A stretch of 64,000 nucleotides of DNA from Candidatus Marinacidobacterium sp. (GCA_965262645.1 CBDHFO010000017.1:1784582-1848581), one strand, 5' to 3'. Counted from the stretch's first letter, positions 45,133 to 55,440 are shown. Notes: generated from the letters alone by a model not told the origin. Program-made: numbers and translations.

Positions 45133-48100
45133 GTGAGAGTCACGAAGTACGCCATCCGGCATCGCCTGTCGGTCTATTTCCTGATCCTCATCCTCTGTCT
45201 CGGGGGGGTCGGGGTCTATGTCTCCATGCCGCGGGAGTCGTTCCCCGAGGTGAAGATCCCCTTCATCCTCGTCTACACGATCTATCCGGGCGTCAGCCCG
45301 ACGGACATGGAGACGCTCGTCACCCGGCCCATCGAAACCGAGCTCAAGGCGGTTTCCGGGATCAAGGAGATCAGTTCGACGACGAGCGAGGGGCTCTCGA
45401 GTATCGCGGTCGAGTTCAATCCGGAAACGGATCTCGAGACCGCGCTCGCGAGCGTTCGCGAAAAGGTGGACCTGGCGAAATCCGACCTTCCTCCCGAAGC
45501 CGAGGATCCGCGGGTCCAGGACATGGACTTCTCCCAGGTCCCGATCATGATGATCACGCTCTCGGGCCCGGTCGGGAGCCAGCGGCTCACCGAGGTGGCC
45601 GAGGAGATCCAGGAGGATCTCGAGGCGCTGCCCGGGGTCAACCGGGTCAACGTGATCGGCGGCCGGGTACGCGAGGTCCACGTGCAGGTGGACCCCAAGC
45701 GGCTGGCGTTCTTCGAACTCAGCCTCACTGACGTCGTCGTCGCGGTAGCCCGGGAGAACCGGAACGTGCCCGGCGGCGAAATCGCGGTGGGGGGACTCGA
45801 ATATCTGGTCCGCCTCCCAGCCGAAGTGCGGCTGCCGTCCGAGATCGAGGACTTCGTGATCAAGGTCAGGGACGGCGATCCCGTCTTCGTCCGCGATGTG
45901 GCCGAGGTGGTCTTCGGTTTCGAGGATGAGACCAGCCGGTCCCGGGTGGATCGGGAGCCCTCGGTCACGCTGAGCGTCGAAAAGCGCACCGGCGCCAACC
46001 TCGTCGGAGTCGCCGACCTGGTGAACGCCGAGCTCGGGCGTTGGGACGAAATGCTCCCCGAAGGGATCAACACCGCGGTGGTGGGGGACATCTCCGTCGA
46101 GATCCGGCGGATGGTGAACGAGCTGGAGAACAACGTCATCTCCGGGTTGCTGCTGGTGATCGGGTGTCTGATGGCGTTCGTGGGATTCCGCAACGCCTTC
46201 TTCGTGGGAGTGGCGATCCCGCTCTCGATGATGGCCTCGTTCCTGGTGCTGGGCTGGATCGGCTACACGCTCAACATGATGGTGCTGTTCAGCCTCATCC
46301 TCATGCTCGGGATGCTCGTGGACAACGCGGTGGTGATCGTCGAGAACATCTACCGGCACCGGGAGCACGGCGACGCGGGGCCGGAGGCCGCCTACGAGGC
46401 CACCGTCGAGGTGGCCCGCCCGGTCATCGCCTCCACCATCACCACCCTCTGCGCGTTTTCACCCCTGCTGATCTGGCCGGGGATCATCGGCGACTTCATG
46501 TCCTACCTGCCGGTGACGCTCATCATCGGCCTTTCGGCGTCGCTGGTGGTGGCGCTGATCATCAACCCGACGCTCTGCGCCTATCTGATGAAACCGCCGC
46601 GGCACGGGGTCAAGAAGGCCAACACGGAAGAACACGCGTTCCGCCGTTCCTACCGTCGCCTGCTCGAGTGGTCGCTCCGCCCGGGTCCGGATTCGGGGAC
46701 CAGGTCCTGGTTCCTTCGGAACTGGGCGCTCCCCGCGGGTTTCGTGCTGTTCCTGGGAATCGGAATGGCGCTCGCGCTGGTCGGCATGTTTTTCCAGACC
46801 AGCGCCCTGCTCCCGGCGGTGGCGGTGTTCGCTGGTCTGGGCGTGCTTGCGTTCGCGCTCCAGGGAGTCTGTTGGTTCGTCTGGAGCCTGATCCGCCGTC
46901 CCTTCCGCTGGTCGCCGTACCTCACCGATCACCGCTCCGGATGGATCTGGATGATGTGCGCCATCCTGGTTGGAACGGTTGGCGTCTATACCCAGATCGG
47001 GAAGGGGGTGGAGCTCTTCCCGGAGGTCGAGCCCCGGCAGATCTCCATCGATGTCGAGACGACCGCCGGCTCCAGCCTCGACGCGTCCGACGGGGTGGTT
47101 CGGCGCATCGAGGAACTGACCACCGGCACCGTTGACATGAAGCACCAGGTGGCGAACGTGGGCTCCACGGGAGTCAGCATGAGTCCGGGAGGAGGCGGCG
47201 GGAGTCCGAACCAGAGTCAGGTCACGCTCTACCTGGAGGAGCGGGCCGACCGTCAGGTCCGCAACACCTTCACCACCATGGAGGTGGTGCGGGCCGGACT
47301 GGCCGACATCGTCGGAGCCAACATCAAGGTGGACGCTCCCCAGGACGGCCCCCCCACCGGTGCTCCGGTCTCGGTCCGTATCCTGGGGGACGAGCTGGAC
47401 GAGATCGGCCGGCTTGCGGAGGAGGTGAAGACCCGAATCCGCGGCATCGAGGGACTCGTGAACCTGGACGACGACCTTGAGGGCGGGAAACCCGAGCTCC
47501 GCGTGGAGGTGGACCGGGAGGAGGCGATGCGCTCGGGCGTCAACACCCAGATCATCGCCGCCACCGTGCAGACCGGCATTCTGGGCGCCGAGGCCTCGAA
47601 GTACCGGGTCGGTGAGGACGAGCACGACATCCGGGTTCGGCTGGCGCCCGACGCCCGGGCATCCCTGGACGACATCGGCGAACTCACCGTGCCCGACGAG
47701 GACGGAATCCCGGTTCCCATCCGGACCGTCGCCAAGCTGACGCACGGCGTTGGTCCCGCGGCGGTACGCCGGGTGGACCTCAACCGGGTGGCAACGATCG
47801 AGGGTGACGTGGTCCGCGAATCCGGCCGCACCGAGGCGGGCGTGCGCGAGGAAGTGGCCGCCGAACTCGACGCGATGGTTTGGCCGCCCGGCTACCGGTG
47901 GGAGTTCTCCGGCGCCAACCAGGAGGAACAGCAAGCGACGGCCTTCCTCTCGCGGGCCTTCGTCATCGCATTGCTGCTCATCATGATGGTGCTGGTCACC
48001 CAGTTCGATTCGCTGATCCTGCCGCTCACCATCATCACCTCGGTCGCCCTGTCGGTGATCGGCGTGCTCTGGGGGTTGATGCTGACCGGGACCGCGTTCG

Positions 48101-48549
48101 GGATCATCATGACCGGCATCGGGGTGATCTCGCTCGCCGGGATCGTGGTCAACAACGCGATCGTCCTCTGCGACTTTGTCCGCCAGCTCCGCGAGCGAGG
48201 TTTGAGCCGCCACGATGCGGTGGTGGAGGCGGGCTCCATCCGGCTCCGCCCGGTCCTGCTGACGGCCGTGACCACGGTCCTCGGACTCATTCCCCTGACG
48301 CTCGGACTCAACATCGACTTCTTCAGCCTCTCCTTCTCCACGGGCGGAGAGAGTTCGCAGTTTTGGGCATCGATGGGCGTCGCGGTGATCTTCGGGCTCA
48401 CGGTCGCGACCGTTCTGACCCTCGTGGTGGTCCCGGTCACCTACGACAGCCTCGACGGCCTTTCCGAGGCCCTCGCGGACTGGCGCGCGAAACGTCAGCG
48501 CGGCATCGAGCCGATGGAAGAGGGAGCCCTCCATCCGGCGGGTACCTAG
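45133..48549 (+). CDS. RND efflux permease (AcrB/CzcA superfamily)
   Basis: 1138 aa, 12-TM architecture, typical N-terminus IRHRLSVYFLILILCLGG and conserved TM4-region motifs. Confidence 0.9.
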   Translation: MRVTKYAIRHRLSVYFLILILCLGGVGVYVSMPRESFPEVKIPFILVYTIYPGVSPTDMETLVTRPIETELKAVSGIKEISSTTSEGLSSIAVEFNPETDLETALASVREKVDLAKSDLPPEAEDPRVQDMDFSQVPIMMITLSGPVGSQRLTEVAEEIQEDLEALPGVNRVNVIGGRVREVHVQVDPKRLAFFELSLTDVVVAVARENRNVPGGEIAVGGLEYLVRLPAEVRLPSEIEDFVIKVRDGDPVFVRDVAEVVFGFEDETSRSRVDREPSVTLSVEKRTGANLVGVADLVNAELGRWDEMLPEGINTAVVGDISVEIRRMVNELENNVISGLLLVIGCLMAFVGFRNAFFVGVAIPLSMMASFLVLGWIGYTLNMMVLFSLILMLGMLVDNAVVIVENIYRHREHGDAGPEAAYEATVEVARPVIASTITTLCAFSPLLIWPGIIGDFMSYLPVTLIIGLSASLVVALIINPTLCAYLMKPPRHGVKKANTEEHAFRRSYRRLLEWSLRPGPDSGTRSWFLRNWALPAGFVLFLGIGMALALVGMFFQTSALLPAVAVFAGLGVLAFALQGVCWFVWSLIRRPFRWSPYLTDHRSGWIWMMCAILVGTVGVYTQIGKGVELFPEVEPRQISIDVETTAGSSLDASDGVVRRIEELTTGTVDMKHQVANVGSTGVSMSPGGGGGSPNQSQVTLYLEERADRQVRNTFTTMEVVRAGLADIVGANIKVDAPQDGPPTGAPVSVRILGDELDEIGRLAEEVKTRIRGIEGLVNLDDDLEGGKPELRVEVDREEAMRSGVNTQIIAATVQTGILGAEASKYRVGEDEHDIRVRLAPDARASLDDIGELTVPDEDGIPVPIRTVAKLTHGVGPAAVRRVDLNRVATIEGDVVRESGRTEAGVREEVAAELDAMVWPPGYRWEFSGANQEEQQATAFLSRAFVIALLLIMMVLVTQFDSLILPLTIITSVALSVIGVLWGLMLTGTAFGIIMTGIGVISLAGIVVNNAIVLCDFVRQLRERGLSRHDAVVEAGSIRLRPVLLTAVTTVLGLIPLTLGLNIDFFSLSFSTGGESSQFWASMGVAVIFGLTVATVLTLVVVPVTYDSLDGLSEALADWRAKRQRGIEPMEEGALHPAGT

Positions 48550-48770
48550 CCAGGAGCGCCGGTGTTCACACCGGCATCGCCCGCACAGCGGGCGAAACTC
48601 CCATCGCCAATCGAGAAGAAGCACGGGGACGGTCAGGAGCGCCGGTGTTCACGCCCCCACCGGGAGAACTGGCCAGCATCGCCCGCACAGCGGGCGAAAC
48701 TCCTATCGCCAATCGGGACGAAGCGCGGGGACGGCTTGGAACGCCGACCTCTGGCCACGTACCCCTCAAG
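48550..48770. repeat. mosaic REP/BIME-like element cluster (two tandem composite units)
   Basis: CAGGAGCGCCGGTGTTCACACCGGCATCGCCCGCACAGCGGGCGAAACTCCCATCGCCAATCG... repeated about 85 nt later with a CCCCCACCGGGAGAACTGG module. Confidence 0.7.
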
Positions 48771-48842
48771 GGCAGGATGGCGTAGACCAAACTCAGGATT
48801 ACCGAATAGCCGGGGCGCGACGCCGTTTCGCCGGCTCGGCCC

Positions 48843-50105
48843 TCACGGACCCAGCGCACCGCACGGGATGACCCAAACCCCGTCGCTCCGGCGGTATCCG
48901 TAACCGCTCCCCACGATCACCCCGAGGGCGGCGGGTTTGCCCAGCGCCGCGGGGTCTACGCGCTGCGCGAACTGCAGCAGGTTTGCGGCCGCCTCCTCGA
49001 TGCGACCCGTCCCCAGCTTGATCTCGAATCCAGCCCAGCGGCCGGGGCTCCCTTCCACGATCGCATCCACCTCAAGACCGGTGTTGTCCCGGTAGTGGTA
49101 CACCCTTGCTCCGGCCGCTTGGGCATAGACGCGCAGGTCGCGGATGACCATGGACTCGAACAGGAATCCGAACCACGCGAAGTCCCCTAGTAAGTGGTCA
49201 GGTCCGACGCCAAGCGCAGCCACCGCGAGAGAGGGATCCACGAAATGTCGTTTCGGCGAGGTCCGAAGGCGGGAACGGGAGCGAAGCCGCGGCGCCCAGG
49301 GCGGCTGGTCTTCGACGACCATCAGTCGTTCGAGCGCCGCCAGGTACTCGCGGGCGGTAGGCGGCTTCAGGTAGTCGTCCGGCCCGTTTACGTCACGGGT
49401 GATCGTCGCGAGCGAAGCGTGGGTGGCCACGTTGCGCGCCAGCGAATGAAGGAAACGCCGCACCCTCTCGGGGTCGCGCCGGACCCCGTCCACTCGTTCG
49501 AGATCCACCCGGCAGACATCTTCCAGATAGTCCCGGTTGGCCAGCATGGCTGCCAGTGCTGGGGAATTGAGATGTCCCGGCCAGCCGCCGACGCACAGGA
49601 GTTCCGCCAACTCTTCGGCGGAAAACTGTGCGGCGCCCCCGGCTATCGCCTCTCCGTCGAGAAGAGCGCCGAGGGAGATCTCGCCGCTCGAGCGGCCAAG
49701 TTCCGAGAGTGACATCGGCCGCAACCGAAGGCGGCTTATCCTGCCGGCGCCGGTGTGGCGGGTCGCGTCGTCGGGTGGAACCGCAGAGCCGGTAAGGATG
49801 AACTGATTTGACGCGCGACGCTCGTCAACGGCGCGCCGGACATGGTTCCAGAGGATCGGAGCGAGTTGCCATTCGTCAATCAGCCGCGGTGTTTCTCCTT
49901 TGAGAACGAAGCTTGGATCCACGGCGAGCGCCTCGCGCGCCGCCTGGTCCACATCCAGCAGCACCTCGCTCGCCGCGGCGCGCCTTCCGGTCTCGGTTTT
50001 GCCGCAGGCCCGCGCGCCTTCCAGCAGGACGGCGCCCGCTGAAGTGAGACGGTCGGCGAGTTCCCGATCGGCGATGCGGGGACGGTAGTTTCGTGCTTTG
50101 GGCAA
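48843..50105 (-). CDS. AAA-type ATPase with DUF4143-like C-terminal region (paralogue 1)
   Basis: LLEGARACGKTETGRR P-loop. Co-linear with 52305-53561. Confidence 0.8.
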   Translation of the reverse strand: MPKARNYRPRIADRELADRLTSAGAVLLEGARACGKTETGRRAAASEVLLDVDQAAREALAVDPSFVLKGETPRLIDEWQLAPILWNHVRRAVDERRASNQFILTGSAVPPDDATRHTGAGRISRLRLRPMSLSELGRSSGEISLGALLDGEAIAGGAAQFSAEELAELLCVGGWPGHLNSPALAAMLANRDYLEDVCRVDLERVDGVRRDPERVRRFLHSLARNVATHASLATITRDVNGPDDYLKPPTAREYLAALERLMVVEDQPPWAPRLRSRSRLRTSPKRHFVDPSLAVAALGVGPDHLLGDFAWFGFLFESMVIRDLRVYAQAAGARVYHYRDNTGLEVDAIVEGSPGRWAGFEIKLGTGRIEEAAANLLQFAQRVDPAALGKPAALGVIVGSGYGYRRSDGVWVIPCGALGP

Positions 50106-50160
50106 GGCGCTGCGGTTCTCGGAAAGAGGACTCGCGAGGAGAGAAACTAGCGGGTCAATC

Positions 50161-50225
50161 GATGTTTTGCAACGATTACAGCATCACTTTTGCAACGACT
50201 TCAACATCTGATTCGCAATAGCGAC
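50161..50225. repeat. iteron-like direct repeats upstream of ATPase paralogue 1
   Basis: ATGTTTTGCAACGAT / CACTTTTGCAACGAC / CTGATTCGCAATAGCGAC at about 22-bp spacing. Confidence 0.5.
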
Positions 50226-50252
50226 AGGCACGGCGGGTTCCCCTACCCGGAG

Positions 50253-50279
50253 GAAAGTGTGAAAGGGGCGCGCGCCCCT
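50253..50279 (-). terminator. intrinsic terminator-like hairpin downstream of the GGT gene
   Basis: AGGGGCGCGCGCCCCT palindrome. On the minus strand it is followed by TTCACACTTTC. The 16-nt GAAAGTGTGAAAGGGG is shared with 63814-63829. Confidence 0.45.
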
Positions 50280-50304
50280 AACGCTGATCGAGACTACCGG
50301 CCGT

Positions 50305-52224
50305 TCAGAATCCGAGCGACGCAGTCTCCCGCCTCACGTCCCCCGCCGCGATCATCAGCCCGGTTTCCGGGTCGCGCCAGGTCACCGTGGGAGCGCACGC
50401 GCGCCAGTTCCACAGGCCCCACGAGCGCACGTCGTGGCCCATGGCGCGTAACGCCTCGGCCGTCTCGGCCGGGATCCGGTCCTCCAGGTTGAGGACCGCG
50501 GGATTGAGGTTCACCTCGCTCCCGGTGCCCGGGAAGTTGTAGCTGCCGAAACGGGGCTGGTCCAGGGCCTGCTCGGGGGACATCCCCCACACCACCACGT
50601 TCAGAAAGACCTGCAGGAGAGACTGCAACTGCTGGTCGCCGCCGGGGGTGGAGAGCCCCATGAACGGCTGGCCATCCTTCATCACCAGCAGGGGCGAGTT
50701 GGAATTGCGAGGGCGCTTCCCGGGCGCCATCACGTTGGCCAGCTCGGGGTCCAGGTTGAACTGGTACATCCGGCCGCCCAGCCCGAATCCCCATCCCGGG
50801 ATCATGGGGGTGGAGGTGTGGCCATCGCTCTCGGTGAAGGAGAACACGTTGCCCTCCCCGTCCATGACATTCAGGGAGGAGGTGTCGCTGGAGTGGGCTG
50901 CACGCTCGGCGTCGTCCGATTGCGGGTGGTCACGGGTAGTGCGATTCGACATCGGCGCCACGAAGCTCGTCGGTGCGTCGTCCGCCACCGCCGCCATCCG
51001 TTCCGGATCGCCCCACGGAGGCATGTCCTGAAACGCGCTCTTCTCGTCGATGAGCCCAATGCGCTCGCGCGCGTACGGCTTCCCGTACAACCCCTCCGGA
51101 GCAGGCACGAAATCCGGATCCCCGACGTGCTTGTGGACATCCGACATCGCCAGGTTGATCACTTGCGAGACGAGGTGGATGTACTCCGGCGTGTTGTAGC
51201 CGAGGGCGCGCAGGTCGTAGTTCTCCAGCATGTTGAGCATCAGGATGATGCGCGGCCCCTGGCTCCATCCGGCGCCCGTGTGGACGTCGTAGCCGTTGAA
51301 GCTGGTTCCGAGAGGCTCCTCCCAGCGACTCTCGTATCCCGCCAGGTCCTCGTAGCGGACGATGCCGTCGTGCTCCCGGAAGAAACGGTCCACGTCGCGG
51401 GCCGGGTCGCCCCGGTAGAAGGCGTCCCGGGCGGCGCGGATCCCTTCGGAACGACTTCCTCCCGCCGCCAGCGCCTGCCGCTCGGCCTCCATCAGGTAGC
51501 GGATGAGCCGCCCCAGGTCGGCGTTTACCATGAGGTCGCCCAGACGCTGCTCACCGACTCCGTTAGGGAACCAGAAGTCGCGGTTGTAGGGAAAGGCGAG
51601 GATCCCGTCCAGGTGGTCCTCGATCATCCGCTTCTGCATCTTGTAGAGGTGATAGCCCTCCTCCGCGATGCGCAGCGCCGGCGCCGCGGCCTCGCTGAAG
51701 CTGAGGGTGCCGAAGCGGTCGAGAGCGGCGAGCCAGACATCCACGTCCGCCGGAATCAGCGCGTTGTTGATGGGCGACTTGCCGTGTTCGAGAAAGTAGT
51801 CGAGGGTGGCGAGCGCGGGCGAGGTCCCCGCCCCGACCCGGGTGAGCACGCGGTCCTCGGCGGCGCTGTAGAGGATGAGCGGCGCGACCCCGGTCCATCC
51901 TGCGTAGTCCATCTTGAGCACCTTGAGCGCCATCCCCGCGGTCACTCCGGCATCGAAGGCGTTGCCCCCGGCCTTGAGCACGTCGTACCCGGCCTGGGTG
52001 GCCAGGTAGTGCCCCGAGGAGATCACCCCGTGCGTGCCCATGACGCGCGGCCGCATGGCCTCGACGTTGTCGGCGCTGTGGACGTGGCCGTAACTTTGGA
52101 ACGGGGCGATGGTGGCGAAAACGCCTTCCGCGGGCGCGGCTTCCTCCGGAGCGCTGACGTCCGGACCACCGCACGCGCTGAATGTCAGGGCCGCGACCGC
52201 GACCACCCATGCCAGATGCTTCAT
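50305..52224 (-). CDS. ggt: gamma-glutamyltransferase, secreted/lipoprotein
   Basis: Start MKHLAWVVAVAALTFSACGG at 52224. GGT-family sequence, including the autoprocessing region ...HSSDTSSLNVMDGEGNVFSFTES. Confidence 0.85.
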   Translation of the reverse strand: MKHLAWVVAVAALTFSACGGPDVSAPEEAAPAEGVFATIAPFQSYGHVHSADNVEAMRPRVMGTHGVISSGHYLATQAGYDVLKAGGNAFDAGVTAGMALKVLKMDYAGWTGVAPLILYSAAEDRVLTRVGAGTSPALATLDYFLEHGKSPINNALIPADVDVWLAALDRFGTLSFSEAAAPALRIAEEGYHLYKMQKRMIEDHLDGILAFPYNRDFWFPNGVGEQRLGDLMVNADLGRLIRYLMEAERQALAAGGSRSEGIRAARDAFYRGDPARDVDRFFREHDGIVRYEDLAGYESRWEEPLGTSFNGYDVHTGAGWSQGPRIILMLNMLENYDLRALGYNTPEYIHLVSQVINLAMSDVHKHVGDPDFVPAPEGLYGKPYARERIGLIDEKSAFQDMPPWGDPERMAAVADDAPTSFVAPMSNRTTRDHPQSDDAERAAHSSDTSSLNVMDGEGNVFSFTESDGHTSTPMIPGWGFGLGGRMYQFNLDPELANVMAPGKRPRNSNSPLLVMKDGQPFMGLSTPGGDQQLQSLLQVFLNVVVWGMSPEQALDQPRFGSYNFPGTGSEVNLNPAVLNLEDRIPAETAEALRAMGHDVRSWGLWNWRACAPTVTWRDPETGLMIAAGDVRRETASLGF

Positions 52225-52304
52225 CGCGTCATCCTCCTGCTTCTGAGGGATATCTTCTGGAACCGCCGGGAAGACGGCAACCCCCAATCCGCGCAGAGGA
52301 ACTT

Positions 52305-53561
52305 CTACGGCCCGAGCGCGCCCACTGGGACGACGCTGACCCCGTTCTCCATTCGGTATCCGCCGCCGCCCGGAACGATTACACACAGCGCCGAGGGCTC
52401 GCTGTAGCCGTCCCGATTCCCTCGCAACCGGTCCCGGAGCCGGAGAAGACTGGCCACGCCATCGTCCACCCAGCGGTCGCCGAGTTTGACCTCAAAGGCC
52501 GCCCAACGGCCGTCTCCCGCATCCACGATGGCGTCCACCTCCAGGCCGTCTTTCTCGCGGTAGTGGAAGACCTCGGCATCGGCGGCCTGCGCGTAGATGC
52601 GCAGGTCTCGGACGACCAGCGACTCGAAAAGGAAGCCGAGGAATCGCAGGTCCTTCATGAGCCGTGCCGGGGTTGCCTTGAGCGCCGCGACCGCCAGCGA
52701 TGGATCCGTGAAGTGCCGCACCGGCGTCGTCCGAAGCGCCGTCCGCGAGCGTAGATGCGGCGACCAGGCAGGCTGGTTTTCCACCACCATCAATCGCTCG
52801 AGAGCATCGAGGTAGTCCGCAGCGGTGTCCGCTTTCAGCGCGCGGTCCGATCCGCCGGCGTCGGAAGCGAGGCGGGACACGGAGACCGGAGTGGCGACGT
52901 TCCGCGCCAGCGAACCCAGCAGGCGTCCGACTCTGACCGGATCCCGCGCTTTTCCGTCGACGCGCGGAAGGTCAACCCGGCGAATCTCCTCAAGATAGTC
53001 GCGGTTGGTGCGGAGGTTCCGTTCGATCGGCGCATCGAGGTTTCCAGGCCAGCCGCCGACCGACAGGACTTCCGCGACCGACGAGACCGTCAACGCCGAT
53101 GGCTTCGCGGGTGGCCGGTTGCCGTCAAGCAGTTCTCCGAGAGAATTGTCGCCGCTCGAAATACCCAGTTCGAACAGCGACATGGGACGCATCCTGAGAC
53201 GGGAAAAACGTCCGGCGCCGGTGTGGCGGGTGACGTCGTCGGCGGGGACGGCAGACCCGGTGAGGATGAACTGGCCCGGTTCGCTCCGATCATCCACCGC
53301 CCGGCGCACGTGGTTCCAGATCGAAGGAGCAACCTGCCATTCGTCAAAGAGGCGGGGGATGGCGCCGGCAAGAGCCGCAGACGGGTCCGCGTCCACCATC
53401 CGGCGTGCGTTCTCGTCGGTGTCCAGCAGCGCTTCGCTCGCGGCAAGCCGGCGGGCCGTCGAGGTCTTGCCGCATGCTCTTGGTCCTTCGATGACGACAG
53501 CCCCCGCTCTCTGCAGGCGGTCCGACAGTTCGGAGTCAACGATGCGGGGCAGGTAGCGCAT
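52305..53561 (-). CDS. AAA-type ATPase with DUF4143-like C-terminal region (paralogue 2)
   Basis: Start MRYLPRIVDSEL at 53561. VIEGPRACGKTSTARR P-loop. Confidence 0.8.
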   Translation of the reverse strand: MRYLPRIVDSELSDRLQRAGAVVIEGPRACGKTSTARRLAASEALLDTDENARRMVDADPSAALAGAIPRLFDEWQVAPSIWNHVRRAVDDRSEPGQFILTGSAVPADDVTRHTGAGRFSRLRMRPMSLFELGISSGDNSLGELLDGNRPPAKPSALTVSSVAEVLSVGGWPGNLDAPIERNLRTNRDYLEEIRRVDLPRVDGKARDPVRVGRLLGSLARNVATPVSVSRLASDAGGSDRALKADTAADYLDALERLMVVENQPAWSPHLRSRTALRTTPVRHFTDPSLAVAALKATPARLMKDLRFLGFLFESLVVRDLRIYAQAADAEVFHYREKDGLEVDAIVDAGDGRWAAFEVKLGDRWVDDGVASLLRLRDRLRGNRDGYSEPSALCVIVPGGGGYRMENGVSVVPVGALGP

Positions 53562-53616
53562 GATCGGGTTTGGCAGCCGTATCGCCTCCGAGGCACCGCG
53601 GAGGGGCCGTCCACGG

Positions 53617-53702
53617 GGGTGATTCGGCGACAGTTTACAGGGATATTTGGCGATAGTCCAGCGGGTGATATGGCGATAATCTACCGGGTGATTTGGCGAC
53701 AC
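53617..53702. repeat. four iteron-like direct repeats upstream of ATPase paralogue 2
   Basis: GGGTGATTCGGCGACAG, GGGATATTTGGCGATAG, GGGTGATATGGCGATAA and GGGTGATTTGGCGACAC, spaced 22-24 bp. Confidence 0.6.
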
Positions 53703-53875
53703 GTGCCGGGAATTCGCGCGCCAGGACGAGGTGGACATTCGCGTTGATCCGTTGCTTGCAATCGCCCTTCCGAGTCGTCATCCTGACTCGTCGAGCCTTG
53801 CGGTCCGCGGCGAGCGCCGTCGTGGCGCCCGCGGCTGCCAGGACCACCGGATCCTGACGGAAAGGAAACGAAGCC

Positions 53876-55330
53876 ATGAAGCGGAGAACCTCGATCGCGC
53901 AAGCCACGGTGGCCGCGCTCAGCCTCCTGGTCCTCGCTGCCTGCGGCCCTACGACGACCGGATCCGGGACCGGATCCGGGACCGGTTCCGGCGGTCCGAC
54001 CAATCCGGAAGTCGACGCGATCTTCGCCGACCTTCGGGGCGACCGGCCCGGGGCGGCGGTGGGGGTCCGATGGAATGGTGAGGTGGTCCATCGTGCCGGG
54101 TACGGCACCGCGCACCTCGATCACGCCGTCCCCATCACGCCGGAAACGGTCTTCGACATCGCGTCGATATCCAAGCAGTTCGGCGCCATGGCCGCTCTGC
54201 TTCTCGAATCCGAAGGCAACCTCGACCTCGATGCGGATGTGCGCGGCTACGTCCCTGAACTGCCCGACTTCGGCGCGGTAATCACGGCGCGCCACCTGAT
54301 CCACCACACGAGCGGGATTCGCGACTGGCCGCACACGATGGCGCTCGGCGGGATCGGCTTCACCGATGTCATCTCGTTCGAGAAGATCCTGCGGATGCTC
54401 TACCACCAGCGGGCGATCAACTTCCCGCCCGGCTCGGAGTACGCCTATTCGAACACGGCCTACAACCTGCTGGCGCGCGTGATCGAGGTGCAGTCGGGGA
54501 TGACGTTCCGCGACTACACCGAATCGCGGATCTTCGCGCCCCTCGGGATGACCCGCACCCACTTCTCGGACGACTACCTGGAGGTTGTGCCCGGCCGGGC
54601 GGAGTCTTACGCGCCAGTCGTCGATGGCGAGGGCTTCCAGCGGATGCCCAACCAGCTCACCGCGCTGGCTTCCTCGTCGCTGAACACCACCATCGACGAC
54701 TTCATCCTCTGGATGCGCAACTATGAGACCGGGCAGGTCGGCGGCGAGGAGATGCTTCGCACGATGGTGCAGCAGGGCGTGCTCACGAACGGCGACACCC
54801 TGGACTACGCCCATGGCCTGACCGTGACTGAATATCGGGGGCTGCCGACCTTCGGTCACGGGGGTTCGTGGGTGGGTTACCGCACCAATTTCGTGCGCTT
54901 CCCGGAGCAGAACCTTTCGATCGCGGTCTTTTGCAACGTTGCGGACTGCGATCCTGCCGAACGGGCTCGCAGCGTGGCCGAGGTTTACATCGGCGATCTC
55001 TTAGGGCCCGAGCCGGAGGACGCCGAGCCCGAGCCCGACCCCGAAGGCCCCGAACTGACCGCCGAGGCGTTGCAGGAGTACGCGGGCAGCTATCGCAGCC
55101 CTGAACTGGACAGCACCTACGATCTCGAAGTCGATGCGGAGGCCCGTCTCGTGGCCAGCCATTGGCGCAACGACCCGACCGTGCTCTCACCGACCGGTGC
55201 CGACACCTTCACGGGCGACCAGTGGTTCCTGCCCGAAGTGCGCTTCGTTCGCGACGGCGCGGGTCGGATCAACGGCTTCACCGTGACCGGCGGGAGAGTG
55301 CGCGACCTGATCTTCGAGCGGCAGGAGTAA
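53876..55330 (+). CDS. class-C beta-lactamase-related serine hydrolase, lipoprotein
   Basis: Lipobox LVLAACG, then SxxK (ASISKQF), YxN (YSNTAYN) and HGG (FGHGGSWVGY). Confidence 0.85.
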   Translation: MKRRTSIAQATVAALSLLVLAACGPTTTGSGTGSGTGSGGPTNPEVDAIFADLRGDRPGAAVGVRWNGEVVHRAGYGTAHLDHAVPITPETVFDIASISKQFGAMAALLLESEGNLDLDADVRGYVPELPDFGAVITARHLIHHTSGIRDWPHTMALGGIGFTDVISFEKILRMLYHQRAINFPPGSEYAYSNTAYNLLARVIEVQSGMTFRDYTESRIFAPLGMTRTHFSDDYLEVVPGRAESYAPVVDGEGFQRMPNQLTALASSSLNTTIDDFILWMRNYETGQVGGEEMLRTMVQQGVLTNGDTLDYAHGLTVTEYRGLPTFGHGGSWVGYRTNFVRFPEQNLSIAVFCNVADCDPAERARSVAEVYIGDLLGPEPEDAEPEPDPEGPELTAEALQEYAGSYRSPELDSTYDLEVDAEARLVASHWRNDPTVLSPTGADTFTGDQWFLPEVRFVRDGAGRINGFTVTGGRVRDLIFERQE

Positions 55331-55374
55331 CAGGCGGAGTCGCGTATCGCTGCTCCCCCGCATGGCGCAGGGGC

Positions 55375-55440
55375 CGGGAACGCCGGCCTTCGGCCGGCAT
55401 CGCGCGGGAGCGCGAAACCAGCGCCGCTGACGTTGCGCCA
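55375..55440. repeat. REP-like element
   Basis: GGAACGCCGGCCTTCGGCCGGCATCGCGCGGGAGCGCGAAACCAGCGCCGCTGACGTTGCGCC. Confidence 0.6.

Noticed and set aside
52305-53738. N-terminal extension of ATPase paralogue 2 (477-aa track ORF) and the peptide repeat SPNHP.DYR.IT.
   Set aside because: The extension is the translation of the iteron-like DNA repeats. The paralogue alignment and P-loop position support the ATG at 53561.
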